From: an uncultured Candidatus Saccharibacteria bacterium
GTDB taxonomy: Bacteria; Patescibacteriota; Minisyncoccia; Phycocordibacterales; UBA918
Direction: 5' to 3'
Assembly: GCA_964570795.1 (NCBI GenBank)
Contig: CAZMYZ010000001.1
Location: 42,722 to 106,721 of the forward strand
DNA: 64,000 nucleotides
Both the position numbers and the translations under genes were made by a program. The notes beneath the pieces are model-generated. The model ran no database searches, was not told the origin of the DNA, and worked only from the letters and a program-made list of their open reading frames with translations. Positions 9,320 through 18,223 of this stretch are shown one piece after another (position 1 is the stretch's first letter; every line of letters begins with the position of its first letter).

Positions 9320-9594
9320 TGCATATGTATACACAGGTTGATGCGGTTGTAGAGACGGTTGATGGGGCGGTGAAAAGTACCGAAAAACTCATTGAGCCAC
9401 TAAGGAAAACGGGCTTCAAACGATTCCCAACACTTTTTATGCTACTCACCACCTTTGGTGCAACAGCAACTTTTTTTGGGATGGAACGTGTCATTGCCGA
9501 TATTGTATGGCTCGATGCACACCCTATAGCAATTCTTGTATTGGGCATTGCTATATTGGTATTCACGGGACGACTCTATAAAAAACTTGGATAG
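9319..9594 (+). CDS. hypothetical small membrane protein
   Basis: 91 aa ORF with two predicted TM helices. Confidence 0.35.
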   Translation: MHMYTQVDAVVETVDGAVKSTEKLIEPLRKTGFKRFPTLFMLLTTFGATATFFGMERVIADIVWLDAHPIAILVLGIAILVFTGRLYKKLG

Positions 9595-9831
9595 TGCCGT
9601 GCATATCCTACCTGTATGGATATAGGGTACTGAGGTATGATAGATGTACATAGGTATGCGTATTGTTCGATTTATTTTTCCGTTTCTTTTTGTGCGTAAT
9701 TGGTACGATGGTTCGTGGGAGTTTTCGCGTGCGCGACTCATTCTTATTTCTATGGGTTTGTTCTTTATAATTCTCGGTATTATTATTGCAGCACTGCTTC
9801 AAGCACCTATAGTTTATATTTCACCAACGGT

Positions 9832-10245
9832 ATGAAAGTAATAAAAATTTGTCTTGCTATTATTGTGGTACTCCTCACACTCGGTATCGGGTTTGGTGTG
9901 TATGTATGGTATACCATTCAGCACGTGCCTACGGCGGCGGATATCCCTGGACTTCAGCAATCGTCTGAGGCTACTCCATATGAAAATACTACAGCGACAC
10001 CTGATGCATCTGTAGTGAGTACCGAGAGCGTTGCTCCTATAGTAATAGAAACCAATACACTTTCAGAAACGCAGCAAGGAATGCTTGAGACGATGGGATA
10101 CACAAAGGACACAGTCACTATCACACCTGCAATGATTGTATGTGCCGAAGATGCGGTGGGGGATTCGCGTCTCAAGGAAATCACGGGAGGTGCTGCACCG
10201 AGTCCGCTTGAGTCTGTGAAACTGCTCCCATGCTTTAAACAATAG
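9832..10245 (+). CDS. hypothetical membrane-anchored protein
   Basis: Internal start MKVIKICLAIIVVLLTLGIGFGVYVW (TM anchor) followed by a Thr/Ser-rich extracellular region. Confidence 0.4.
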   Translation: MKVIKICLAIIVVLLTLGIGFGVYVWYTIQHVPTAADIPGLQQSSEATPYENTTATPDASVVSTESVAPIVIETNTLSETQQGMLETMGYTKDTVTITPAMIVCAEDAVGDSRLKEITGGAAPSPLESVKLLPCFKQ

Positions 10246-10306
10246 TCTAGGTAAGTGGTTTTAAACACACCCTAGAAAAAAACAAGAAAAGTGGTATAAT
10301 ACACGC

Positions 10307-11419
10307 ATGAATAGAATATTTGTATCTCTAGCGTTTGGTGCGCTTATTTTTATCCCAATCTCTGTATTTGCGGGTCCTATTTTGCGTACCGGTGAAACTA
10401 TCTCAGTAGATGCTGCACAATCGCTCAAGGGAGACTTTTATGGCTTTGGTTCTACGGTTAGTATTTCAGGGCAGGGTGACAATGATGCGTATATTGCTGG
10501 TGGTACGGTGACTATTAATGCACCTATTTTGGAAGATCTTACTGTCCTCGGAGGAGTGGTACAGATTCATGGTGATGTTGGTGATGATGTACGCGTTTTA
10601 GGGGGTGAGGTGGTACTTGCAAAGCCAGTGAAGGGTGATGTGGTCGTGCTTGGCGGTACCCTTACGATTCTTTCTACTGCACGCGTGGAGGGGGATATAC
10701 TTTTTATGGGAAAAACCCTCGTGGTGGAGGGGCCGGTCGTGGGGGGTATTCATGGTGTTGCTGAAACCGCACGTCTCAATACTGAAGTGGGTGGTGATGT
10801 GTCACTTCGGGTAGAGAAATTGTTTACAGTGGGTGATAAAGCAAATTTGCAAGGAAAGATAACCTACGAAAGTGCGCATGAAGTAGTGCGCGCACAGGAT
10901 GCGATAGTGGCAGAAGAAATGCAACAGATTGCAGTACGTGCGGACGAGTATACGATGCCTACCGCGCAAGTTGCACTCTTTGAATTCAGTATTCTGCTTT
11001 TTGCGGCACTCACCCTATATGTGATTGGACGCACCCATGTGGTACGTGTCGTAGAGCGTTCGTTTGGACGGCTTGGCATGTCGGGGCTTCTCGGTTTGGG
11101 TATACTCTTTGCCTTTCCATTTATCGCGGCACTGCTTTTTGTTAGTGTGCTTGGCGTGTTTGCAGGAGTCATTTTCCTCTTTGGATATATACTTATGCTA
11201 CTCACCGCTCTTGCACTTATGCCTATATTTGTAGGGTATGCACTCCAGAAAATAGCGTTGCGTCGTGAGGGTATTACACTCTATACCGTAATCGGTGGTG
11301 TTGCGCTCTGTATCCTCCTTGGTCTTTTGTCGGTAGCAGGTGGACTTATTCTTTTTGCGTGTTTTGTAATTACATTGGGGGCACTCGGTACTACGGTCTA
11401 CTATTCGATACGTGCGTAG
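10307..11419 (+). CDS. secreted/membrane protein with bactofilin-like beta-helical repeats and C-terminal TM bundle
   Basis: 370 aa with a signal peptide, tandem degenerate G-x-V-x-(I/L)-x-G-D-V repeats (GDVGDDVRVLGGEVVL, GDVVVLGGTLTIL, GDILFMG, GGDVSLRV) and four C-terminal TM helices. Confidence 0.45.
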   Translation: MNRIFVSLAFGALIFIPISVFAGPILRTGETISVDAAQSLKGDFYGFGSTVSISGQGDNDAYIAGGTVTINAPILEDLTVLGGVVQIHGDVGDDVRVLGGEVVLAKPVKGDVVVLGGTLTILSTARVEGDILFMGKTLVVEGPVVGGIHGVAETARLNTEVGGDVSLRVEKLFTVGDKANLQGKITYESAHEVVRAQDAIVAEEMQQIAVRADEYTMPTAQVALFEFSILLFAALTLYVIGRTHVVRVVERSFGRLGMSGLLGLGILFAFPFIAALLFVSVLGVFAGVIFLFGYILMLLTALALMPIFVGYALQKIALRREGITLYTVIGGVALCILLGLLSVAGGLILFACFVITLGALGTTVYYSIRA

Positions 11420-11429
11420 TGAAGAGGTA

Positions 11430-11470
11430 AAAAACACCGGTGCCGCGCGAAGCGCGGCACCGGTGTTTTT
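11430..11470 (+). terminator. rho-independent terminator
   Basis: CACCGGTGCCGCGC-GAA-GCGCGGCACCGGTG, a 14-bp stem followed by TTTTT. Confidence 0.75.
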
Positions 11471-11486
11471 GGTATACTGCTCATCC

Positions 11487-12155
11487 ATGACAAAAGCACA
11501 GAAAAAAGTACGCACTCTGCGTGTACAGAAAATGAATGTGGTACTTCGTATGCTCTATCCCAATCCAAAAATTGCGCTCAACCACAGTACTCCGTGGGAA
11601 CTACTCGTAGCGGTGATGCTCTCCGCACAATGCACCGATGCGCGAGTGAATATGGTAACGAAGACACTTTTCGCTTCCTACCCTCATATCGAGGATTATG
11701 CGCGTGCGACACAGCGCGAGATGGAAAAAGCGGTTTTTCAATGTGGCTTTTATCGCAATAAGGCAAAGCATATTCGCGCTGCGGCAGCGATACTTGTGCG
11801 TGATTTTAAAGGAGAAGTGCCACACACCATGAAAGAACTGCTTGTACTTCCGGGGGTGGCAAGGAAGACTGCCAATGTAATGCTTTCAAACGCATTTGGT
11901 GTGCATGAAGGCATTGCGGTCGATACGCATGTACGTCGCTTTGCAATTCGTTTTAATCTCACCGACCATACCGACCCCAAGCGTATTGAGCGGGATTTAA
12001 TGGAAATTATGCCCCAGTCTGAGTGGTGGGGATTTAATCATCGGTTGGTACACTATGGGCGGGATTTTTGTCCTGCACGGAAGCATATATGTAGAGAACA
12101 TCCCTTGACCTTCCTTTATCCTCAGGCAGAAAACGTGTGGCCAAAGGCTCATTAA
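11487..12155 (+). CDS. nth: endonuclease III (DNA-(apurinic or apyrimidinic site) lyase)
   Basis: HhH-GPD fold: LLVAVMLSAQCTD, LPGVARKTANVML and a C-terminal Cys cluster CPARKHICREHP; the N-terminus MTKAQKK aligns with the Nth family start. Confidence 0.85.
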   Translation: MTKAQKKVRTLRVQKMNVVLRMLYPNPKIALNHSTPWELLVAVMLSAQCTDARVNMVTKTLFASYPHIEDYARATQREMEKAVFQCGFYRNKAKHIRAAAAILVRDFKGEVPHTMKELLVLPGVARKTANVMLSNAFGVHEGIAVDTHVRRFAIRFNLTDHTDPKRIERDLMEIMPQSEWWGFNHRLVHYGRDFCPARKHICREHPLTFLYPQAENVWPKAH

Positions 12156-12239
12156 ATGAGTAAAAAATGGAATTTTGCCTATGCAATATATGCTCGTCAA
12201 TAGGCTCATTATGCTTCACAGTGGTATACTATATGCATT

Positions 12240-13217
12240 ATGCAGGGTATGGTTGCAACGATAGATACGGTATATGCGTGGATGATGCGTCTTAGTCTCC
12301 GTGTGGTGAATAGTGTGCTCGAAACATACGCTCCGCGTGAGCGTGCAGCAAAACGTTATGACTCTGTTTTGAGTGATGCTACCACCATGCATGAGAAGGT
12401 GACGTCATCGTTTAAGACCATGAAAGATGTACTTGGTGCATATCCAAAAAAAATACTCGCTGAAAGGGTAACGATGACTGCGGCACCAGTGGACTCTCCG
12501 GTAGTTACTGCACTTAAAAGAGCAGTAGCGCGTGTGGAAGCACCTTCGCTAGATGATGGGGTGCGTATTCAAAAGAATACGGTGATGTATGCAAATAGTG
12601 TACGTGTGCCGGTATTTAAAAACCCGACGATTGAGTTTGATGGACAAATTGGAGAGGTGCCCTTTGGTGATATGGTGATCGTCCTTGAGCCGCGTGGACG
12701 TTTTTATCGCATCATGTGGAATACGATTGAGGGGTGGGTATTGAAAGAGGATATCGCTGACAGAGCACTCCGTGTGTATCCTGTTTTCATTATCGGTGAG
12801 GAAAACGGAGTGGATCATCCCAATACCGCACATGTACGCACTATCCTCGGTGATATTTTTGGTCTTGGTCGCTCTGAGTTTGCACTCCAAGCAGGAGAGT
12901 ACGTGCTGTATCGACTCTGGCGAAAGGGGATCCGTATTGTATGGCCAGAAATTCGCCCCCGTGTGCCGGGACTTTGGCATAGCATATTGCGCGGCTCGCG
13001 ACAGATTCATATTGGCGTGATGCCCAAAGTGGGTGCAGTTATGGAATATATGCTTTCTCCTGAAATGGGTCATGTGGCGTATGTGGAGGCAGTCTTTCCC
13101 GACCACACCATTACCATCTCCGAGGCCAATTTCCCTGATACCGGTATCTATAATGAACGTGTACTCACCAAGGAAGAATGGAAAGAATTGCATCCTGTTT
13201 TTATGACAGTGTCATAA
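12240..13217 (+). CDS. SH3b-domain protein with CHAP/NlpC-like C-terminal domain (putative cell-wall hydrolase; catalytic Cys not evident)
   Basis: 325 aa; central SH3b-like segment (VPVFKNPTIEFDGQIGEVPFGDMVIVLEPRGRFYRIMWNTIEGWVLKEDI) and a C-terminal GHVAYVEAV...ITISEANF resembling the CHAP His region. Confidence 0.4.
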   Translation: MQGMVATIDTVYAWMMRLSLRVVNSVLETYAPRERAAKRYDSVLSDATTMHEKVTSSFKTMKDVLGAYPKKILAERVTMTAAPVDSPVVTALKRAVARVEAPSLDDGVRIQKNTVMYANSVRVPVFKNPTIEFDGQIGEVPFGDMVIVLEPRGRFYRIMWNTIEGWVLKEDIADRALRVYPVFIIGEENGVDHPNTAHVRTILGDIFGLGRSEFALQAGEYVLYRLWRKGIRIVWPEIRPRVPGLWHSILRGSRQIHIGVMPKVGAVMEYMLSPEMGHVAYVEAVFPDHTITISEANFPDTGIYNERVLTKEEWKELHPVFMTVS

Positions 13218-13259
13218 AAACAGGATGCGTTCCGTGTTAATTTTGATACACTAACATAC

Positions 13260-13943
13260 ATGCAAAAAGTCGCTTTTTTTGATATTGACGGCACCGTATT
13301 TCGCTCAAGTCTTTTTATTGAACTCGTGGAAGCCTGTATTAAAGCGGGAGTATTCCCAAAGGATACACAGAAGGCATATATGCGCGAGTATCTCGCATGG
13401 CAAAATCGCGAAGGTACATATGAGGCATATATTAATGCAGTCGTGGCTGCATTCATGGAGCATATTCGTGGTGTGTATTACGGCGATTTCGCTGATGTGG
13501 GACGAGCGGTGGTGGCGAAGCAGGGGAAACAAACGTATCGTTACACCCGTGATTTAATCCAGACACTTCGCGCGCAGGGATATTTTATCGTGGCTATTTC
13601 GCAATCACCAAAGACCATTCTTGATGAATTTTGTGCTGCATACGGCTTTGATAAGGTGTATGGACGACTCTATGAACTCGGGCCTCGTGATCTTTTTACG
13701 GGTGTGGTAAGTGATGTAGATTTTATTGCCGATAAAGCAAAAGTCATTGATAGAGTGCTCGAGAAAGAAGGACTTACCCTTGAAGATTCGATTGGGGTAG
13801 GAGATACCGAGGGTGATATTCCACTTCTTGAATCGGTTGCTACGCCTATTTGTTTTAATCCGAATCAAACCTTGTATCGCCATGCACAGAAGAAGGGGTG
13901 GCAAGTTATTGTTGAGCGCAAGGACGTAATCTACACACTTTAA
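13260..13943 (+). CDS. HAD-superfamily hydrolase (subfamily IB-like phosphatase)
   Basis: N-terminal FFDIDGTVF (DxDxT motif I), IAISQSP (motif II) and GVGDTEGDIP (motif IV). Confidence 0.7.
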   Translation: MQKVAFFDIDGTVFRSSLFIELVEACIKAGVFPKDTQKAYMREYLAWQNREGTYEAYINAVVAAFMEHIRGVYYGDFADVGRAVVAKQGKQTYRYTRDLIQTLRAQGYFIVAISQSPKTILDEFCAAYGFDKVYGRLYELGPRDLFTGVVSDVDFIADKAKVIDRVLEKEGLTLEDSIGVGDTEGDIPLLESVATPICFNPNQTLYRHAQKKGWQVIVERKDVIYTL

Positions 13944-13996
13944 TTTTTTGTGAGTGCATACTTTGTTATGATGCGGTCGACGAAAAATAAAGTAAT

Positions 13997-14818
13997 TTGC
14001 ATTTAGTAATGAATAAAAAGGAAGAAAAATTTGTAGAGGTGGTGTGGGAGTACTATGCGCGCCACGGAAGGCGAAGCCTTCCGTGGCGCAAGACAAAAAA
14101 TGCATACCGTATTCTCGTTTCAGAAATAATGCTCCAGCAAACACAGGTGGATAGGGTATTGCCCAAATACACGGCATTTCTGAAAAAATTTCCTTCGCTC
14201 ACTACGCTCGCGAATGCATCACTTGGCGATGTGCTTCGTGAATGGCAAGGACTTGGGTACAATCGTCGCGCAAAAATGCTCCATCAGTGTGCACAGATAG
14301 TGGTGCGGGAACATAAAGGGAGACTGCCATGTACGCACAGCGAACTTATGAAACTTCCCGGTATAGGGCACTATACTGCCGGAGCAGTGATGGCATTTGC
14401 ATATGGTGAAAGTGTGCCAATAATTGAAACCAATATTCGCACGGTATACATACACCACTTTTTTCATGATGATACCGATGTGCATGATGATGATGTTCAA
14501 AAGTACGTCGCTCACACGCTCCACACCGAAAATCCCCGCGAGTGGTATTATGCGCTTATGGACTATGGGGTGTTTCTGAAGAAGACAGTAGGGAATCAAA
14601 ATAGTCGAAGCAAGCATTATTCAAAGCAGTCTACCTTTAAAAATTCCGATAGACAGATTCGCGGCGCTATTCTGCGTCTCCTTTCAGTACGTATGTATAC
14701 CCGCACAAAAATACACGAGGCCCTTTCTTTTGAGATAGACCGTATCGACGCACAGTGTGAAAAACTTCTCACTGAAGGACTTATTATTCTTGAACAGAAA
14801 CAATTTAAACTTCCGTAG
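13997..14818 (+). CDS. mutY: HhH-GPD DNA glycosylase, MutY/A-G-specific adenine glycosylase-like
   Basis: LPWRKTKNAYRILVSEIMLQQTQV, LPGIGHYTAGAVMAFAYG (HhH-GPD) and a C-terminal NUDIX-like MutY domain; the true start may be the internal MNKKEE at 14009. Confidence 0.65.
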   Translation: MHLVMNKKEEKFVEVVWEYYARHGRRSLPWRKTKNAYRILVSEIMLQQTQVDRVLPKYTAFLKKFPSLTTLANASLGDVLREWQGLGYNRRAKMLHQCAQIVVREHKGRLPCTHSELMKLPGIGHYTAGAVMAFAYGESVPIIETNIRTVYIHHFFHDDTDVHDDDVQKYVAHTLHTENPREWYYALMDYGVFLKKTVGNQNSRSKHYSKQSTFKNSDRQIRGAILRLLSVRMYTRTKIHEALSFEIDRIDAQCEKLLTEGLIILEQKQFKLP

Positions 14819-14830
14819 GGAACCACTAAA

Positions 14831-16048
14831 TTACTTTGTGTCTTTGAGCGCCATGGCAAAGAATAGTCCTGGAATCATAAGAAGCCCGAGTATCACAAAG
14901 AGAAAACTAAAGGAAAAGAAATGAAGGGTGACACCACCGAGTACGGGGCCAACGACATACGAAAGTGGGCGGGTAATACGGAAAAGGCTGATGACATTCG
15001 TATCTTTTCCTTGAGTATGCTTGAAGAAGTAACTCTCGGTAGTGGTTTCGATGAAACTCGCGCCGACACGGGTGAGGAACATTGCCGTCATCCAAAGAGC
15101 AATAGGAGCGTTGTTGAGGAACACAAACCATGAAGTAGCTACTGCGGTTACTGCAAATCCAAAAGCCATCATTTCTTTTTCACCGAGGTAGGTGTCGGCA
15201 ATTTTTCCTATAGCATACTCAAGAAGTACATATGCCATGAGTCCCACAAAAAGTATGGAACCTATTTCTTCCCATGAAAGCCCTATAACATCCGCGAGGT
15301 AGAGTGGGGTGTAGATCACCATCCAAGTAAAAAAGAATTGGAGTAGAAAATGTGCAAAAAATACATTGCGTACATCTTTGTATTGCCAAAAGTCTGCGAG
15401 CCCCTCGCGAAATTTAAAATGTGGATAGACAGGGTCTTTGAATGTTTTGAAGTGTTTGAGTACGACATAGATAAAGGGAATAAGGAAAAAGGCACTAAGA
15501 AGATATACAAGGACAAATTCGGATGCTGTTGCGCTCACATGGTGTGCAACACCAATGAGTTTCCCGAGCGCGAGCGGAGCGAGCGCCGTGGTGAGACTCA
15601 TGATGGTAAGAAGTATGCCGCGCTGTGCACCCGTGGACTCTTCCTTATCACCGATGAGTACCTCCATAATAATATCGAGATTGAAGAGGATAATGGGGAC
15701 AACCGCTTGGTGTACTACAAAGAGTGAAAGGCCAATGTAGGGGTTTACGGTAAGACCCATACCGACGAGTGCACAAAACTCGATAAGTGTCAGAACTTTA
15801 ATAAGAAAGATATTTCCGAAGCGAGTGAGAATATGCGATGCATAGAAGAATCCGCCGATGGTGACAAGAGATCCTCCGATATAGAGCATATCGATAACAC
15901 GGTGTGATGCGAGTTGTGCAAGGTATGATGAATTAATATAAAGCACAAATGCCCAATGGAGGGAAAGCAGCAGGAGAGCAGCGTAGTGTGCAAATTGCGC
16001 ACCGCGGCGTGACTCGGTACGGTATTCAGGGGTTACTGGTGTGGGCAT
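14831..16048 (-). CDS. MFS transporter
   Basis: 405 aa with 12 predicted TM helices and MFS-type loop motifs. Confidence 0.7.
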   Translation of the reverse strand: MPTPVTPEYRTESRRGAQFAHYAALLLLSLHWAFVLYINSSYLAQLASHRVIDMLYIGGSLVTIGGFFYASHILTRFGNIFLIKVLTLIEFCALVGMGLTVNPYIGLSLFVVHQAVVPIILFNLDIIMEVLIGDKEESTGAQRGILLTIMSLTTALAPLALGKLIGVAHHVSATASEFVLVYLLSAFFLIPFIYVVLKHFKTFKDPVYPHFKFREGLADFWQYKDVRNVFFAHFLLQFFFTWMVIYTPLYLADVIGLSWEEIGSILFVGLMAYVLLEYAIGKIADTYLGEKEMMAFGFAVTAVATSWFVFLNNAPIALWMTAMFLTRVGASFIETTTESYFFKHTQGKDTNVISLFRITRPLSYVVGPVLGGVTLHFFSFSFLFVILGLLMIPGLFFAMALKDTK

Positions 16049-16087
16049 ATTCTCTAGTGTACCAGAGTGCGTTGAGTGACTTACGAG

Positions 16088-16123
16088 AAATCCCCGAGAC
16101 GCTTCGCGTCTCGGGGATTTTCT
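16088..16123. terminator. bidirectional rho-independent terminator
   Basis: AAATCCCCGAGACGC-TTCG-GCGTCTCGGGGATTT, a 15-bp stem between convergent genes. Confidence 0.65.
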
Positions 16124-16140
16124 ATGTAGAGTACGTGGTA

Positions 16141-18195
16141 CTAAATACCGATGAGTACGGGGATGACCATTGGGGTTTTATTTGTTTTTTGGAGAAGGAA
16201 TCCAGACACCACTTGGGTGATTTCGTCCTTTACAAAATCAAGGTCGATTGGGTTTGCTTTTTCAGTATTCTTTTCAACGGTCTTCTTAATGAGTACACGC
16301 GCTTCAGAAAGCAACTGTTGGTTTTCACGAAGATACACAAACCCGCGGGAAATAATATCGGGCGACTTTCGGAGTGCGCCGGTTTTGGTGTTGATAGTCG
16401 CAATAATGACAAACATACCATCTTCAGCAAGTGACTGGCGGTCGCGGATAACCACCTCTTGACGAGTACCTACAGTGAAGCCGTCCACCATCATAATCTC
16501 TGACGGCGCTTTTTCTTTGCGTATGACGAGTTCAGTACCGTTCTTAATTTCAATGACAGTTCCGTTATCTGCAAGAATGATATTTTCACGAGGGAAGCCT
16601 GCTTCCATGTTTGCATACGCGTGGCAACGGAGCATTGAGTGGTAGCCGTATGCGGGCATGACGAAGGTTGGTTTTACCTGCTCGCGAATCCATACAAGTT
16701 CGCCTGAGTTACCATGTCCGGTTGAGTGCACATCGGACGCACGGTAGTGAATGATGTGTACTCCGCGGCGGTAGAGGTTGTCTTTGAGTGTCTGTACTGA
16801 AAGTTCATTACCGGGAATAACCGATGATGAAAGCATAATCGTGTCGCGGTCATTGAGGGTAATAAACTTATGGCGCTGGGTAGCGATACGCATAAGCGCA
16901 GCAAACTCCTCACCCTGTGCACCCGTTGCGAGCACTACAATACGGTCAGAAGGGTAGTTGCCAATATCCTGAATAGGAATGATGGTATCTTTTTGTACCT
17001 TCATGAGGCCTGCAAGCTCGGCGATTTCGAGGTTGGTCTTGATAGAGCGACCTTCAAGTACGATTTTCTTGCCGAGTTCCTCGCAAATCATGATGATACG
17101 AATCATACGCTCAAACTGTGATGCAAAGGTACCCACAATAAGTCGTCCGCGCACATTTCGAATGATTTGCTCGATGTTGGTGTGGACGCGTACTTCAGGA
17201 ATAGAGAAACCGTCACGCTCTGCGTTCGTTGAGTCTCCAATGAAGAGAATGTTCTTATCTTTTCCAAGGCCTCCCCACGTTTCTTTTTCTTTTGGTGATG
17301 GCTCGGTGCCGTCATGATCAAGTTTGAGGTCTCCCGAAATAACTACGTTACCGTGTTTTGTTTCCACCGAGATACCCATGGAATCAGGAATTGAGTGTGT
17401 TACGGGGAAGGGTTTGATGTAGGTATTACCAATCTTAAGTCGTTGATTAAGTTCTACCACATTCATGTTTACCTTAGGGAGATGCGGAAACTCTTCCTGA
17501 CGCTTCAGAATCATGAGTGAGGTGAGGTAGCGGGTATAGATTGGTGGATTACCAATGCGCTCGATAAGGAAGGGGATACCACCGATGTGGTCGAGGTGAC
17601 CGTGAGTAATAATGAGTCCTTTAATTTTATGTTTGTTTTCTTCGAGATATTGTGTGTTCGGAAGAATATAATTCACCCCTGGTGCATCGTTTTCTGAAGA
17701 GACAAACTGAAAGCCCGCATCGAAGATGAGAATATCGTCTACAGTCTCTACCGCAATCATGTTCTTTCCCACCTCTTCTACCCCACCCAAGGGAACGATG
17801 CGGACAATGTCGGGGTCGGTAAGTGGTGGTACCGGGATTACTTTTGGATCATGAATCGCCATGCGCTGATTGAGTGCAGGACTCGTCATTTGACGTCCTT
17901 TGCGTGGTCGCTCATGACGCACGGGCTTTCCGCCACCCTGAGCGCGACCTCCGCCATTTTGACGGTCATTTGGTCTACGAGCACCGCTGCCACGGCGGCC
18001 GCGCTGTGCTCCGCGCGTATCTCTTGTAGTGCCAGCAGTTGCTGCACCTTGTGTGGTCACACGTGGCTTTCCTGACGTAGCAGGAGTGCCGGTGTGTCGT
18101 GATACACGAATCTCTGGACGACGTTTTGCGTGTGAGAAATGTGCGGTACGTCGCTTGCGGGGCGCTCCTCCTGTTGTGTTTTGTGTTGGTTCCAT
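16141..18195 (-). CDS. rnj: ribonuclease J (beta-CASP metallo-beta-lactamase RNase) with N-terminal Arg/Gly-rich extension
   Basis: 684 aa; ITHGHLDHIGGIPFL (HxHxDH), beta-CASP and C-terminal domains; the first ~100 aa are a low-complexity R/G/T-rich segment. Confidence 0.85.
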   Translation of the reverse strand: MEPTQNTTGGAPRKRRTAHFSHAKRRPEIRVSRHTGTPATSGKPRVTTQGAATAGTTRDTRGAQRGRRGSGARRPNDRQNGGGRAQGGGKPVRHERPRKGRQMTSPALNQRMAIHDPKVIPVPPLTDPDIVRIVPLGGVEEVGKNMIAVETVDDILIFDAGFQFVSSENDAPGVNYILPNTQYLEENKHKIKGLIITHGHLDHIGGIPFLIERIGNPPIYTRYLTSLMILKRQEEFPHLPKVNMNVVELNQRLKIGNTYIKPFPVTHSIPDSMGISVETKHGNVVISGDLKLDHDGTEPSPKEKETWGGLGKDKNILFIGDSTNAERDGFSIPEVRVHTNIEQIIRNVRGRLIVGTFASQFERMIRIIMICEELGKKIVLEGRSIKTNLEIAELAGLMKVQKDTIIPIQDIGNYPSDRIVVLATGAQGEEFAALMRIATQRHKFITLNDRDTIMLSSSVIPGNELSVQTLKDNLYRRGVHIIHYRASDVHSTGHGNSGELVWIREQVKPTFVMPAYGYHSMLRCHAYANMEAGFPRENIILADNGTVIEIKNGTELVIRKEKAPSEIMMVDGFTVGTRQEVVIRDRQSLAEDGMFVIIATINTKTGALRKSPDIISRGFVYLRENQQLLSEARVLIKKTVEKNTEKANPIDLDFVKDEITQVVSGFLLQKTNKTPMVIPVLIGI

Positions 18196-18223
18196 AATAT
18201 ATGCTTACTAATTTATGTGTTAA

